Of a stretch of DNA of 52,556 nucleotides, positions 35,461 through 45,519 are shown one piece after another. Position 1 is the stretch's first letter; every line of letters starts with the position of its first letter. The translations under genes were made by a program, and so were the position numbers. The notes under the pieces were generated by a model. That model was not told the DNA's origin. It saw only the letters and a program-made list of their open reading frames with translations, and did not search any database. Source of the DNA: Candidatus Saccharimonadota bacterium (GTDB lineage: Bacteria; Patescibacteriota; Saccharimonadia; Saccharimonadales; SZUA-47); the NCBI GenBank assembly GCA_020428015.1, contig JAGQNQ010000002.1:1-52556 (forward strand), written 5' to 3'.

Positions 35461-37365
35461 ATGTCAAAGATTATAGGTATCGATCTAGGAACAACAAACA
35501 GCGCCATGGCTGTAATGCAGTCTGGTAAACCAGAAATTGTCGCAAACAGCGAAGGAAACCGCACTACGCCATCTGTTGTGGCTGTGAATAAAAAAGGTGA
35601 GAGACTTGTTGGTGCATTGGCACGAAGACAGCAAGTTACTAATCCAAAGAACACTATTTATGAAGTAAAGCGACTTATTGGACGAAAGTTCGAGGACAAA
35701 GAAGTTCAAAAAGACTTGAAACTCATGGGTTACGAAATTGTTAAGAGCGGTAAATCTACCAAAGTCAAAATGGGTGACAAAGAATACAGCCCTGAAGAAA
35801 TCAGCGCAATGGTGCTTGGTAAGCTAAAGGCTGATGCTGAAGCTTTCCTTGGCGATACAGTTTCAGAAGCCGTAATTACAGTCCCAGCATATTTTGATGA
35901 CAGCCAACGACAAGCAACCAAAGATGCAGGAAAAATCGCAGGACTAGAAGTTAAGAGAATTATTAACGAGCCAACTGCTGCTGCGCTAGCTTATGGCCTA
36001 GATAAAGAAGGTAAAAAAGACGAGAAAATCGTAGTCTACGACCTAGGTGGTGGTACTTTCGACGTATCTGTACTTGAGCTTGGCGACGGAGTGTTTGAAG
36101 TTAAGAGTACCAACGGTGATACGCACCTTGGTGGTGCAGACTTCGACCGTGTAATTATTAACTACCTAGCAGATGAGTTCAAAAAAGAACACGGTCTAGA
36201 CATTACTAACGACAACGCAGCTATGCAGAGACTTCGCGACGAAGCTGAGAAAGCTAAAATCGAGCTGTCAACTGCTCAAGAAGTTGATATCAATCTTCCG
36301 TTCTTGACTGCCGATGCGGACGGTCCTAAGCACTTCGAGCACAAACTATCTCGAAGTAAATTAGAAAGTCTCGTTGCTGATTTGATAGATAAAACAGCAG
36401 TTCCATGCGAAAAGGCGCTGAAAGATGCGAAATTGACCGCTAAAGACATCGACGCAGTTGTACTGGTTGGTGGTATGACCCGCATGCCAGCAGTTGTAAA
36501 GAAAGTAAAAGACATATTTGGTAAAGATCCAATGCAGGGCGTAAACCCTGATGAAGTTGTAGCCGTTGGTGCTGCAATCCAAGGCGGAGTTCTAGCTGGT
36601 GATGTTAAGGATGTGCTACTTCTAGACGTAACTCCGCTTTCACTTGGTATCGAAACGATGGGTGGAATTGCGACAAAGTTGATTGAGAGAAACAGCACGA
36701 TTCCAACTTCAAAGAGTGAAACATTTAGTACCGCTGCCGATAACCAGCCACAAGTAGAAATACATGTTGTGCAGGGTGAGCGTGAAATGGTGGCTGACAA
36801 CAAGAGTTTGGGGCGCTTTGTACTAGATGGTATTGCGCCAGCACCACGTGGTATGCCGCAGATTGAAGTGACTTTTAACATCGATGCCAACGGTATCTTG
36901 AACGTTACTGCGAAGGACAAGGGAACTGGTAAAGAACAATCTATTACCATTCAGAACAGCGGTAATCTTGACAAGACAGAAGTTGAGAAAATGGCCAAAG
37001 AAGCCGAAGCTCACGCCGAAGAAGACAAGAAAAAGCGTGAAGCAATTGAGGCAAGGAATATGCTTGAAAATGGTATTTACCAGACAGAAAAATTCGTCGC
37101 CGATAACAAGGACAAGATTAGTGAAGAAGACAAGAAGACATTAGAAGACGCTGTTAAAACTGCTAAAGAAGTTCAGGGCAAAGAAGACGCCGATAAGGAG
37201 ACTCTAGAAACTGCTGCTAAAGAACTATCAGACAAAATGATGCCAATTGGCGCCAAAATGTACGAAGAGGCAGCCAAAGAGGAAGAAGCAAAAGGCGATT
37301 CAGATGGCGACGACAAAGACGAGCCGGTTGAAGGCGAAGTCGTCGACGAGAATGAAGATAAATAA
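35461..37365 (+). CDS. dnaK: molecular chaperone DnaK (Hsp70)
   Basis: [19 protein letters not shown] and other Hsp70 signatures. Full length at 634 aa. Confidence 0.97.
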   Translation: MSKIIGIDLGTTNSAMAVMQSGKPEIVANSEGNRTTPSVVAVNKKGERLVGALARRQQVTNPKNTIYEVKRLIGRKFEDKEVQKDLKLMGYEIVKSGKSTKVKMGDKEYSPEEISAMVLGKLKADAEAFLGDTVSEAVITVPAYFDDSQRQATKDAGKIAGLEVKRIINEPTAAALAYGLDKEGKKDEKIVVYDLGGGTFDVSVLELGDGVFEVKSTNGDTHLGGADFDRVIINYLADEFKKEHGLDITNDNAAMQRLRDEAEKAKIELSTAQEVDINLPFLTADADGPKHFEHKLSRSKLESLVADLIDKTAVPCEKALKDAKLTAKDIDAVVLVGGMTRMPAVVKKVKDIFGKDPMQGVNPDEVVAVGAAIQGGVLAGDVKDVLLLDVTPLSLGIETMGGIATKLIERNSTIPTSKSETFSTAADNQPQVEIHVVQGEREMVADNKSLGRFVLDGIAPAPRGMPQIEVTFNIDANGILNVTAKDKGTGKEQSITIQNSGNLDKTEVEKMAKEAEAHAEEDKKKREAIEARNMLENGIYQTEKFVADNKDKISEEDKKTLEDAVKTAKEVQGKEDADKETLETAAKELSDKMMPIGAKMYEEAAKEEEAKGDSDGDDKDEPVEGEVVDENEDK

Positions 37366-37453
37366 AAAGGAACGGGGCTGAAAAGCCCCGTCCAATAAAC
37401 GCAAAGAAGCTAATGCTGGTTTTGTAAGGTAGTTTTGCTATAATTGGTTTACT

Positions 37454-37681
37454 ATGATTTTTTCATATCCTCCTGAATATAAAACAAAAATAATGAACTC
37501 GTTTGGCTTGAAGAGTAAGGGCGGTAGAGTTGTTGACGCGGTTTCCGAAAGACCAGTATTGGATAATTTGGATTCAGAAATAAAAGTCAAAAACTTTGGT
37601 GGAGTAAGAAAGGGGTCTCTAGAGTTTATAAACAAAGATGTTGCTTCTCTAGTAAAACTCCATAAAAAAATGAAAGATTGA
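37454..37681 (+). CDS. hypothetical small protein
   Basis: 75-aa ORF in low-GC sequence. The start is uncertain, and an internal Met at MNSFGLK is possible. Confidence 0.3.
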   Translation: MIFSYPPEYKTKIMNSFGLKSKGGRVVDAVSERPVLDNLDSEIKVKNFGGVRKGSLEFINKDVASLVKLHKKMKD

Positions 37682-37687
37682 ACTCGG

Positions 37688-38497
37688 ATGCTTGATTGGC
37701 TTAAGGGTATCCTACCAGAACATCTGCACGTCAACCTAAGTCTGATTAATTATACAAGAATTGAAAAAAATAATTCAGATAACGAAAACAGCAACCCAAT
37801 ATCGATAGACGGTAATACATTACGAATCAATGCTTCAACGGATGAGGGTAGAAGAATAGCTGACGCCATTGTAAAAAAACTACCCCGTAATGTTAAGCAT
37901 AACGATTTGGTTTTAGAGCAGGGAAGTCTTGAAGAGTTTGAAACAGTAAGCAAAGTACTAGATGATACCGCATACAAAAAAGAATTGGAAATATTTAAAC
38001 CTATGGTGGTAAGTAGTGATGTGCCCATTCTTGAAATAGCGATATTGGTGAAAAAAGCATACGACAATGGGGAAAATGTGGCACCGATCAAAAGCCAGGC
38101 TATACAGAGGTATGGTAATAGAGCAGCAATGATATGTAACTTGTATAGTTCAGGATATTTCCACACTCTTATTAAGCCGCTGTTTTATAGTAAAGAAAAA
38201 GGCGACATTGCAATCGACACATATTTAGAGATATACGACATGATAGTGACGGAGTCGCCACTCGCTATGTTTATTGGCGTCGGAACTGAAAGGAGTTCTG
38301 CAAAAAAGCAGCTTCTGAAAAAAATTAAAGCAAATAAAGAAAACGAAGTTGGATACTTGAACATTCACGGAATCAATGAAACGAACATAAAACTAATAAA
38401 AAGTCTACTCGAAGAAGATGATGTGAAATCTGAGTTTACTGACGATCCTCAATTCTATCAAAAAGGACGTTCTTTCAAAGCTGTGATCTTTTTTTGA
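37688..38497 (+). CDS. hypothetical protein (low-GC islet)
   Basis: 269-aa ORF. I cannot assign a family with confidence. The C-terminal YLNIHGINETNIKLIKSLLEE is faintly Smr-like. Confidence 0.45.
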   Translation: MLDWLKGILPEHLHVNLSLINYTRIEKNNSDNENSNPISIDGNTLRINASTDEGRRIADAIVKKLPRNVKHNDLVLEQGSLEEFETVSKVLDDTAYKKELEIFKPMVVSSDVPILEIAILVKKAYDNGENVAPIKSQAIQRYGNRAAMICNLYSSGYFHTLIKPLFYSKEKGDIAIDTYLEIYDMIVTESPLAMFIGVGTERSSAKKQLLKKIKANKENEVGYLNIHGINETNIKLIKSLLEEDDVKSEFTDDPQFYQKGRSFKAVIFF

Positions 38498-38640
38498 ATG
38501 TTTTGAGTGAGGTTACTCCTCGGTGATTATTGCTTATTCAGTCTTTTTTCATGCACAACAATCGGTCTTGTGAGAGGGAGGAGTAGGCTGCAAATCATCG
38601 GGGTCATCATTCTTTTGGCCGAGACTACAAATGCTACAAT

Positions 38641-39132
38641 TTGGGTATGAGTGAAATGGTGCAGTTGGTTGATGAGGACGGAAATTTTCAGAGAGCTGTT
38701 GAGCGCGATGAGGTCGATGAATATCCAGATTTGCAAATGGTGATTGTTGAGTTGGTACTCATGAATAGCGTGGGCGAGTTTCTTTATCATGAACGACATC
38801 CATCCAAATCTGAGGCGGGTAAAATAGATCATGTATGTGGCGCGGTCAGAGAAGGTGAGACGCCAGAGGAAGCTGCGCGCCGTGAAGCATTAGAGGAAGT
38901 AGAGCTAGAAGTTGGAGAGCTTAAAGAAGTAGCTAGAGGTGTCAACGAGTATGGTCGCTACAGAATGCTGTTTGTTGGTGAATTCGACCAAGTACCAACT
39001 TTGTCGCCAACAAATGAAGAAGCAAGTTATGTCGCTAAAGCAACACTTGACGAGCTACAAGCTATTCAGACTGCCGGGCAGCTGTTCGTCAATAGTTTCT
39101 TCAGTAGTATTGATCAAGCCGTCTCAATTTAA
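38641..39132 (+). CDS. NUDIX hydrolase
   Basis: NUDIX box GAVREGETPEEAARREALEEVELEV. Confidence 0.75.
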   Translation: MGMSEMVQLVDEDGNFQRAVERDEVDEYPDLQMVIVELVLMNSVGEFLYHERHPSKSEAGKIDHVCGAVREGETPEEAARREALEEVELEVGELKEVARGVNEYGRYRMLFVGEFDQVPTLSPTNEEASYVAKATLDELQAIQTAGQLFVNSFFSSIDQAVSI

Positions 39133-39146
39133 GTATCTGCTACAAT

Positions 39147-39470
39147 TTGTTCATGAGTGAGTTTTGTCAGGTTTGGTTGTCGTGTGGTTCTTCAGAGGAA
39201 GCGAGTAAGATTGCCAGCGTTTTACTTGAAATGAAACTTATAGCGTGCGCTAAACAACTACAGATAATGTCAGATTATCGTTGGCAGGATGCGATTGAAC
39301 ATGACAACGAAGTGCTGCTGGTCATGGAAACGCGACTAGAATTGTTCGAGCAGATCGAAGCAGAAGTTGCCAAATTGCATAGTTATGAAACCTTTGTCCT
39401 CCAAGCAATCCCAATTGTAAAACTATCAAAAGCTGCCGAAAAATGGTGGCTCGAATCAACAACCAGCTAG
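39147..39470 (+). CDS. cutA: divalent-cation tolerance protein CutA
   Basis: VWLSCGSSEEASKIASVLLEMKLIACA...SYETFVLQAIPI matches the CutA1 fold pattern. Confidence 0.8.
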   Translation: MFMSEFCQVWLSCGSSEEASKIASVLLEMKLIACAKQLQIMSDYRWQDAIEHDNEVLLVMETRLELFEQIEAEVAKLHSYETFVLQAIPIVKLSKAAEKWWLESTTS

Positions 39471-39479
39471 CATCTCGCA

Positions 39480-40289
39480 TTGCTACTGTATAATTATCTT
39501 CATATGAAACTTTGGGGACTTGAGCTTACAAAAATTCGAAAACTGAAAGCGGAGGAAGCTCTAGGCGCTAGTTTGCCAATCATGTATTTAGTGTATGTGC
39601 TTTTTTGGGGCTATGATTCGATTCAGCAGTTTGTCGGGCTTGGATTAATCGTTCTGGTTTGGGAGGTTGTACTGTGGCATCGGCTAACAAAGGGCAAGAA
39701 AGAGTTTGCCAAAAAACTCACCACGATCTTGCCGCTACTGACGATATTTGTTGCCAGCGTCGGTATGGGCGCTGCTTATTCGCTTGCTAAAGAAAAGCAA
39801 GCACTCGACGCTGATCCGACCCATATTGCATCATGCTCAATTAACCCAATTGTATCCTGTGCCGCGTCAGTCACGACCGAGCAGGGAAGTGCTCTTGGAG
39901 TTTCTAACCCATCGCTCGGCATTGTGGCGTATGGATTATTACTGCTGTTGGGAATAGGTCTATTAATTGGGCTTAAAATGTCGAAGCAATGGTGGTGGCT
40001 CGTGTTCGCGGGAGGTATTTTTGGTATAGGTTTTTGCGTGTATCTATTCACGCAGTCGCTATACGTCATCGGCACACTCTGTTTGTACTGCAGTACTATT
40101 TGGGCCGTGACAAGCGCGTTTTTTGTATACGCAACAACGCATATCTTCTTACAGGACTACATACCTTCTTCAAAGAAAATAAAGTCCTGGCTAGAGAAAA
40201 ATCATATGCTGCCATTACTCATCATCTACGTGCTCATAATTCTGCTTATTTACTTCCGTTGGTCAGAATATTGGAACAGCATCGCTTGA
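39480..40289 (+). CDS. vitamin K epoxide reductase (VKOR) family protein with an N-terminal extension
   Basis: Loop cysteines CSINPIVSC and active-site CLYC lie in a 4-5 TM core. Confidence 0.7.
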   Translation: MLLYNYLHMKLWGLELTKIRKLKAEEALGASLPIMYLVYVLFWGYDSIQQFVGLGLIVLVWEVVLWHRLTKGKKEFAKKLTTILPLLTIFVASVGMGAAYSLAKEKQALDADPTHIASCSINPIVSCAASVTTEQGSALGVSNPSLGIVAYGLLLLLGIGLLIGLKMSKQWWWLVFAGGIFGIGFCVYLFTQSLYVIGTLCLYCSTIWAVTSAFFVYATTHIFLQDYIPSSKKIKSWLEKNHMLPLLIIYVLIILLIYFRWSEYWNSIA

Positions 40290-40377
40290 TTTCTTAGAAA
40301 TCAGCATAACGTATAGAAAAGTAAAGTCGGCTATACCCTTAACAGGGAGTTTAGACGTAAGGTGATATGATAGACAG

Positions 40378-41205
40378 GTGAAAAAGCCCAAGCTTCTATA
40401 CATGCGCGTTCAGGGGATTTATCGGAAGCGTCCCAAACTCATCATTCCAACGGTTGCCGTAGGCGTTTTTTTACTCTTCAGTTTATTTGAGTGTGTTCGG
40501 GCAAGATTATATTTAGCGAATATCGAGGCGTATACACACTCGACAAGCGTGCTGAACCTGGTAGGCGCAGCAGAGAATCTGCTACATGCCGACGATAAGC
40601 AATCTGGGTCATTGTTCTGTCAGTTTAGCTTGTCAGAGATATCTGACAACACTGACATAGCCTACGAAGCGTACCAACGAGCAATAGCAGAAGTATCAAA
40701 ACCACCTGTGTATAGTAGCATTATGCGGTTTTTGCCGAAACCGAAAAAGGCTCGTCAAACAAGCGTCGAATTTGCTGGTGCTTATACTCGGTTACAACAA
40801 CTTGCAGAAACGGATATTCGCTCAAAATATTGCGCCGAGCTATCCGATGCACTCAGAAATCTCGATTTTATGACAGATCTGCAAAAACCAGAGTCGGTTA
40901 GTGCGCTTTTGCCTGGGCAACTCGAAAATTATCAAATACAGGTCGCAAAAGCTCGCGAAGTGCTACAAGGCATGAGTTTCCCATCAGATTTTTCTAGTGA
41001 ACATGCGGATTTGTTTCGGACGATTGATCAGGTCGGGGTACACCTGAGAGGTGACGATAACAAGTACACGACCTTTGCGCGCGTAATCGAAGGAGGTCTA
41101 GATTCAATCACAGAGATATTAGTGCGTATCCAAGAAAAGTCGCTCGATCTTCAGTTGCGACCAGTAGAAATTAGTCTACAAGCTCACTACTTTGAGGCAC
41201 GGTAA
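40378..41205 (+). CDS. membrane-anchored hypothetical protein
   Basis: 275-aa ORF with a single N-terminal TM helix. Confidence 0.45.
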   Translation: MKKPKLLYMRVQGIYRKRPKLIIPTVAVGVFLLFSLFECVRARLYLANIEAYTHSTSVLNLVGAAENLLHADDKQSGSLFCQFSLSEISDNTDIAYEAYQRAIAEVSKPPVYSSIMRFLPKPKKARQTSVEFAGAYTRLQQLAETDIRSKYCAELSDALRNLDFMTDLQKPESVSALLPGQLENYQIQVAKAREVLQGMSFPSDFSSEHADLFRTIDQVGVHLRGDDNKYTTFARVIEGGLDSITEILVRIQEKSLDLQLRPVEISLQAHYFEAR

Positions 41206-41211
41206 AAAGCT

Positions 41212-41469
41212 TTACGATTCGGCTTCTTGCTCCATTTGAATCAAGCGTGTGTAGTAGTCGCTCAGTTCTTTTAAATGAGCCCACGCGATTTTTCCTGCTT
41301 TGTGAACATCGTCACCAATGACATCTGTCTCCGGATCGTGGCTCCCATGTTCCATTTCGATAGCAAGGCCAAGACGAAATTGTTCTAGGTCTACTTCTCC
41401 CCATCTGATACCTATGGCGTTACCAATTTCGCGTGCTTCTTGTGTTGAAAACTCTTTTCCGTGTGACAT
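41212..41469 (-). CDS. small conserved hypothetical protein (DUF5661-like)
   Basis: 85 aa containing GLAIEMEHGSHDPETDV...AWAHLKELSDYY. The family assignment is from memory only. Confidence 0.5.
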   Translation of the reverse strand: MSHGKEFSTQEAREIGNAIGIRWGEVDLEQFRLGLAIEMEHGSHDPETDVIGDDVHKAGKIAWAHLKELSDYYTRLIQMEQEAES

Positions 41470-41502
41470 GACCTATCCTCCTCCTATTATTGTACGCCTA
41501 CT

Positions 41503-42111
41503 TTAGCTCGCACATTTCTGGAACGCAGGCAGGTGATTGTCTTGAGACGCGTTCATGAGGTTCGTAAAGACACTTATGATATCAGGATATTCACTAACAG
41601 TTGGCAGTAGTTCATTTCTGTAAAGATCTGCGTTAGCAATCTCGGCCGCAACACCGACCGAACAGTTTTCAGCTTTTGTATTGGCGATGCTCACGCTGTC
41701 TATATATGAATTCCCCGGTATGTCCAGTCCGTATTTATCAAACAATGCCTTCAATGAGCTTATGTGCTGTTCTTCGGCGCGGATAATCATCGAGAAAGGA
41801 CGGATCTTCCCAAGCTTTGAAATAACTGCATCATAGGTAGCGTAGGCCTTGTACTCATCATCAAGGGCTTTGACTAGTGACTCTTGTACATTAGCCGGAA
41901 GTTCACCCGCAGGGTACTCAAGATTGTCTACCTGCAAGCACTCATCTGATACGCAGTTTTCTTTATTTATTTGGGCTTGGGTTTGCTGCTGACTTTGGTC
42001 TGTGGTCTGATCTTGAGAGCTGCTCGTATCTGAGTCTTCTTTTGAAGCTTGATAGGCGAGCAATCCCCCGACTAAAAATAATATTGCTAAGATAGTGATG
42101 GCTGTTTTCAT
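41503..42111 (-). CDS. secreted ferritin-like (DUF2202-type) protein
   Basis: Signal/TM segment, a Q/S/T-rich linker, then ALDDEYKAYATYDAVISKLG...IIRAEEQHISSL. Confidence 0.6.
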   Translation of the reverse strand: MKTAITILAILFLVGGLLAYQASKEDSDTSSSQDQTTDQSQQQTQAQINKENCVSDECLQVDNLEYPAGELPANVQESLVKALDDEYKAYATYDAVISKLGKIRPFSMIIRAEEQHISSLKALFDKYGLDIPGNSYIDSVSIANTKAENCSVGVAAEIANADLYRNELLPTVSEYPDIISVFTNLMNASQDNHLPAFQKCAS

Positions 42112-42251
42112 GATGTGTTTCCTTGTTTTACAACTCTATCATTCTATAAAAACCTGAAATTAATCTGAAAATTGCTTGATTTTTTACTGACTAGCAACAC
42201 AAGAGTGGATTCAGCCAGTAGAGAAGAATATAATAGAGTTAGCAAAAAAGG

Positions 42252-42851
42252 ATGCAGTTCATGCTAAAACAACAAAAAAACGAAGTATCATTTCCGCAAA
42301 TTTTAACTTTCGCGTCGTTTGTGGGATTAGTCGCATCATTCTGGCAGGCAGCAGAACGAGTGCATATGTTGAAGTATCCCGATCAACCTCTCAACTGTAA
42401 CATGAGTCCAGTTGTAGATTGTGGTGGCGTACTGAATGATCGCTTAGCAGCAGTATTTGGGCCTCCAAACGCACTGATTGGCATCGTAGTGTTTGCAATG
42501 TTGTTCGCGCTTGGCATCCAGCGTTTGCTGGGTGGAAGCTGGACGGTCGTTACGCGTAAAGTAGCTGTGTTCTTAACGACACTCATTATGGCGTTTAGCC
42601 TTTGGTTTTTCGGAGTTAGCTTATATATACTTGGCAAGATCTGTATTTTTTGCGTTTTTATCTGGGCTGCGAGCATGCCGATAGGTATTTACGGTGCTAG
42701 AGATTTTTTGAACAGCCTGAAAAAACCAACTGGAATCGTGCTTTGGAAGCGAGATATGCTAAATAAGTATCATTTCACGGTACTAGTCACCGTCTACGCA
42801 GTGATGATTTTATTATTTCTATTAAAATTCCAAGACTACTATTTTGGCTAA
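42252..42851 (+). CDS. vitamin K epoxide reductase (VKOR) family protein
   Basis: Loop cysteines CNMSPVVDC and active-site CIFC, with 5 TM helices. Confidence 0.75.
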   Translation: MQFMLKQQKNEVSFPQILTFASFVGLVASFWQAAERVHMLKYPDQPLNCNMSPVVDCGGVLNDRLAAVFGPPNALIGIVVFAMLFALGIQRLLGGSWTVVTRKVAVFLTTLIMAFSLWFFGVSLYILGKICIFCVFIWAASMPIGIYGARDFLNSLKKPTGIVLWKRDMLNKYHFTVLVTVYAVMILLFLLKFQDYYFG

Positions 42852-42858
42852 ATAATTG

Positions 42859-42885
42859 TTGGCACTCTATAGGCTAAAGTGCTAA
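42859..42885. promoter_or_regulatory. CIRCE-like operator upstream of dnaJ
   Basis: TTGGCACTC-tataggcta-AAGTGCTAA. Confidence 0.6.
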
Positions 42886-42969
42886 AATAACAGCATGTTA
42901 GATATACTAGACTTTTTAGGTTCTATTTTGCTAGAAGTCGTTCATTTTTTCGTGAGAAGAGAATCATAG

Positions 42970-44079
42970 ATGAACAAGCGAGATTACTATGAAGTTTTGG
43001 GTGTAGCTAAGGGTGCTTCTGACGACGAAATAAAAAAAGCTTTCAGACGGAAGGCCATTGAACTGCATCCCGACAAAGAAGGCGGTGATGAGGCCAAGTT
43101 CAAAGAAGTGAACGAAGCATACGAAGTGCTAAAAGATAGTGCTAAGCGTCAGCGTTATGATCAATTCGGCCATGCTGGTGTCGGCGGCTCAGGCGTCGGC
43201 GGCAATCCTTTTGAAGGCTTTAATTTTGGCGGTCAAGGTCACTCAGTCAACTTCGACTTTGATGATCTCGGTGGTTTCGGTGACTTGTTCGGTAGCTTTT
43301 TTGGTGGCGGTCAAGGACAACGACGATCAAAACGACCTGAACGTGGCCGCGACATAGAGATGGAGCTCGTGCTCGATTTTGAAGAAGCAATATTTGGTGT
43401 TGAAACAGAAGTGAAATTGAACCTGCACGATGTGTGTAGACACTGCAAGGGTACCACTGCGGAACCTGGCCATGAAGTTGTGACTTGCGAGACCTGCAAA
43501 GGGTCAGGTCAAGAAGTACGGGTAGCACAAACAATCTTTGGCAACATTCAACAGGCCGTGACTTGCAGCAAATGTCGAGGTAAGGGCAAGATTCCGGAGC
43601 AGAGGTGCAGTGTCTGCAATGGCGTTGGCGTAGAGCGTGTTGATAAAAACGTAAAGATTAAAATACCTGCTGGTATTGACGATGGAGCAACAATTCGTCT
43701 CGGGGGCTACGGCGAAGCAACCGCCAACGGCAATAAGGGTGATCTGTATGTACATATTCGCGTTAAACCACACAAAGAATTTACGCGCGAAGGCGACCTA
43801 GTGTTGAGTAAAGTTCATGTTGATATGGTTGATGCTGCCCTTGGAACGGAAATTAATGTCGATACAGTTGATGGTCCCGTAAAAATGAAAGTCCCTGCGG
43901 GTACACAGAGCGGTACCGATTTTAAATTATCAGGACACGGTGTTCCGCATATCAAAACCGGGACACGTGGAGCTCATATCGTCACGGTCAACGTAGATAC
44001 GCCAACGAAATTAAGCAAAAAACAGCAAGACTTACTTGAAGAATTTAAAGACCATAGGAAAAAGGGTTTCTTTAGTTAA
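42970..44079 (+). CDS. dnaJ: molecular chaperone DnaJ
   Basis: J-domain with HPD, a G/F-rich linker and four CxxCxG zinc-finger repeats. Confidence 0.95.
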   Translation: MNKRDYYEVLGVAKGASDDEIKKAFRRKAIELHPDKEGGDEAKFKEVNEAYEVLKDSAKRQRYDQFGHAGVGGSGVGGNPFEGFNFGGQGHSVNFDFDDLGGFGDLFGSFFGGGQGQRRSKRPERGRDIEMELVLDFEEAIFGVETEVKLNLHDVCRHCKGTTAEPGHEVVTCETCKGSGQEVRVAQTIFGNIQQAVTCSKCRGKGKIPEQRCSVCNGVGVERVDKNVKIKIPAGIDDGATIRLGGYGEATANGNKGDLYVHIRVKPHKEFTREGDLVLSKVHVDMVDAALGTEINVDTVDGPVKMKVPAGTQSGTDFKLSGHGVPHIKTGTRGAHIVTVNVDTPTKLSKKQQDLLEEFKDHRKKGFFS

Positions 44080-44117
44080 GCTTGCCAGTCTACCGAATAA
44101 GGCCTATCATAGAGCTA

Positions 44118-44228
44118 ATGTTTCGAAAGCGCCCGCAACAAGAAGGCTTTATTACGATGATAGTGATGATGATTCTTATTTTAGCTTTTTTTATTTTTCT
44201 TGCGTACAAGCGTGTCGCAGCAGGGTAA
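44118..44228 (+). CDS. possible 36-aa single-TM micropeptide
   Basis: My own reading gives MFRKRPQQEGFITMIVMMILILAFFIFLAYKRVAAG, a hydrophobic core flanked by basic residues. The RBS is weak, and a different frame is listed in the ORF track. Confidence 0.25.
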   Translation: MFRKRPQQEGFITMIVMMILILAFFIFLAYKRVAAG

Positions 44229-44250
44229 CGATTGAAAAGGAGTGCGGTGG

Positions 44251-45519
44251 GTGAGAAAGAAGGGTTTTACGCCGAAAGCTAGGGTTAGTCCTTCGAATGT
44301 TTATTTACGCGGCAAAACTGACTGGCGACAGAAACAAGCCGAATTATTTATAAGAGGCGAAATCGAAGTTCCTGAATATGACTATGAGCTGCTCCAGAAC
44401 TATGTACGCAAAGAACTGCTCAAAGATGTAGATGTCCTAACGGAGGATCTGAATCGTTTGGTTATGCACAAGGCGTCATCGGCACTAGAGGAAACTGTTA
44501 ATCTCCTTCAAAAGCACAAAATTGAACAGGAGATCGTTGAGCGCTATTTGCTTAGAGCTGCAGCAGAGCTGCTCGCGGACCCTGGGTCAGAAGGACTGTT
44601 AAATGCGTATATACGGAGAAATATTGAGGTATACGGTGAGTATGATGTGAATTTATCTCGGCAGGTTATACAAGGATCGTTGGCTAAAGATTTAGAAAAC
44701 GATTATCGAGACACTATAGAGTTCTACCGATCGGTTGCGAGGAGAAAGTTCTACCCTTTATTGAGCTTGTTAGACAATCTCAGAGACGATGAACGTGTCA
44801 ATGCAGAAAGAGCCACGGAACTTATAAATAATTATCTGCACGCTAGAGGGCTATCGCAGCTCGGCTGGATAGCTAGCATTAGTCCGGAGGCTATTATCGT
44901 ACATACTAAATATCGTACACGCGAAATAGTAATACCAAAAAATTTCGATAGGACCGTCTCACAACTGAGAAGACTTATGGTACATGAGGTGGAAGCACAC
45001 GCAGCTCGCTATGAGCATGGTTTAGACGAGAAATTTCCTATAGTTGCCACTGGAACGGTTTCGTCAAAAAAAATAAATGAAGGCCTTGGTATATTTCTTG
45101 AACTGTTGATTGATCAAAGTCCTGTGAGCGAGCACCCAGCACTTAGGCGTGCGTTGCACCGATATGCTGCTCTTTGCTTCGCACTTGATACAAGTGAAGA
45201 TACAACTTCTACAAAACATATTTTTAAGCAATTATTCAAGTTTATGCATGACGAAGAGTTTAATGAGAAAAAGCACGCGGGCCCCTCGATTAGTAAAGAA
45301 GCACTTGAAACATATGCCGTGTTTGATAATGTGTATCGAGGAAGTGACTTTCGACATCCAAAAGCTGTATATATGAGAGGAAAAAACTATCTCGAAGGCC
45401 TTATTGCCGTGTTGACGTATCTATCAGAAGCAGAATTACATGAGTCTACTTTTGATCTGATGTTTAGAGGAACAATTGATTTCACATCTAGACTTGAGCG
45501 TTCGATGCTTGATCTATGA
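44251..45519 (+). CDS. DUF1704-family (MATCAP-like, QEGLA-motif) putative metallocarboxypeptidase
   Basis: HEVEAH (an HExxxH motif) followed by INEGLGIFLE, a QEGLA-like motif. I prefer the GTG at 44251 (aaggag RBS 8 nt upstream) over 44242. Confidence 0.7.
   Translation: MRKKGFTPKARVSPSNVYLRGKTDWRQKQAELFIRGEIEVPEYDYELLQNYVRKELLKDVDVLTEDLNRLVMHKASSALEETVNLLQKHKIEQEIVERYLLRAAAELLADPGSEGLLNAYIRRNIEVYGEYDVNLSRQVIQGSLAKDLENDYRDTIEFYRSVARRKFYPLLSLLDNLRDDERVNAERATELINNYLHARGLSQLGWIASISPEAIIVHTKYRTREIVIPKNFDRTVSQLRRLMVHEVEAHAARYEHGLDEKFPIVATGTVSSKKINEGLGIFLELLIDQSPVSEHPALRRALHRYAALCFALDTSEDTTSTKHIFKQLFKFMHDEEFNEKKHAGPSISKEALETYAVFDNVYRGSDFRHPKAVYMRGKNYLEGLIAVLTYLSEAELHESTFDLMFRGTIDFTSRLERSMLDL

Noticed and set aside
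36276-36950. A 224-aa minus-strand ORF.
   Set aside because: It lies entirely antisense to dnaK, and its S/T/A-rich translation is typical of a shadow frame.
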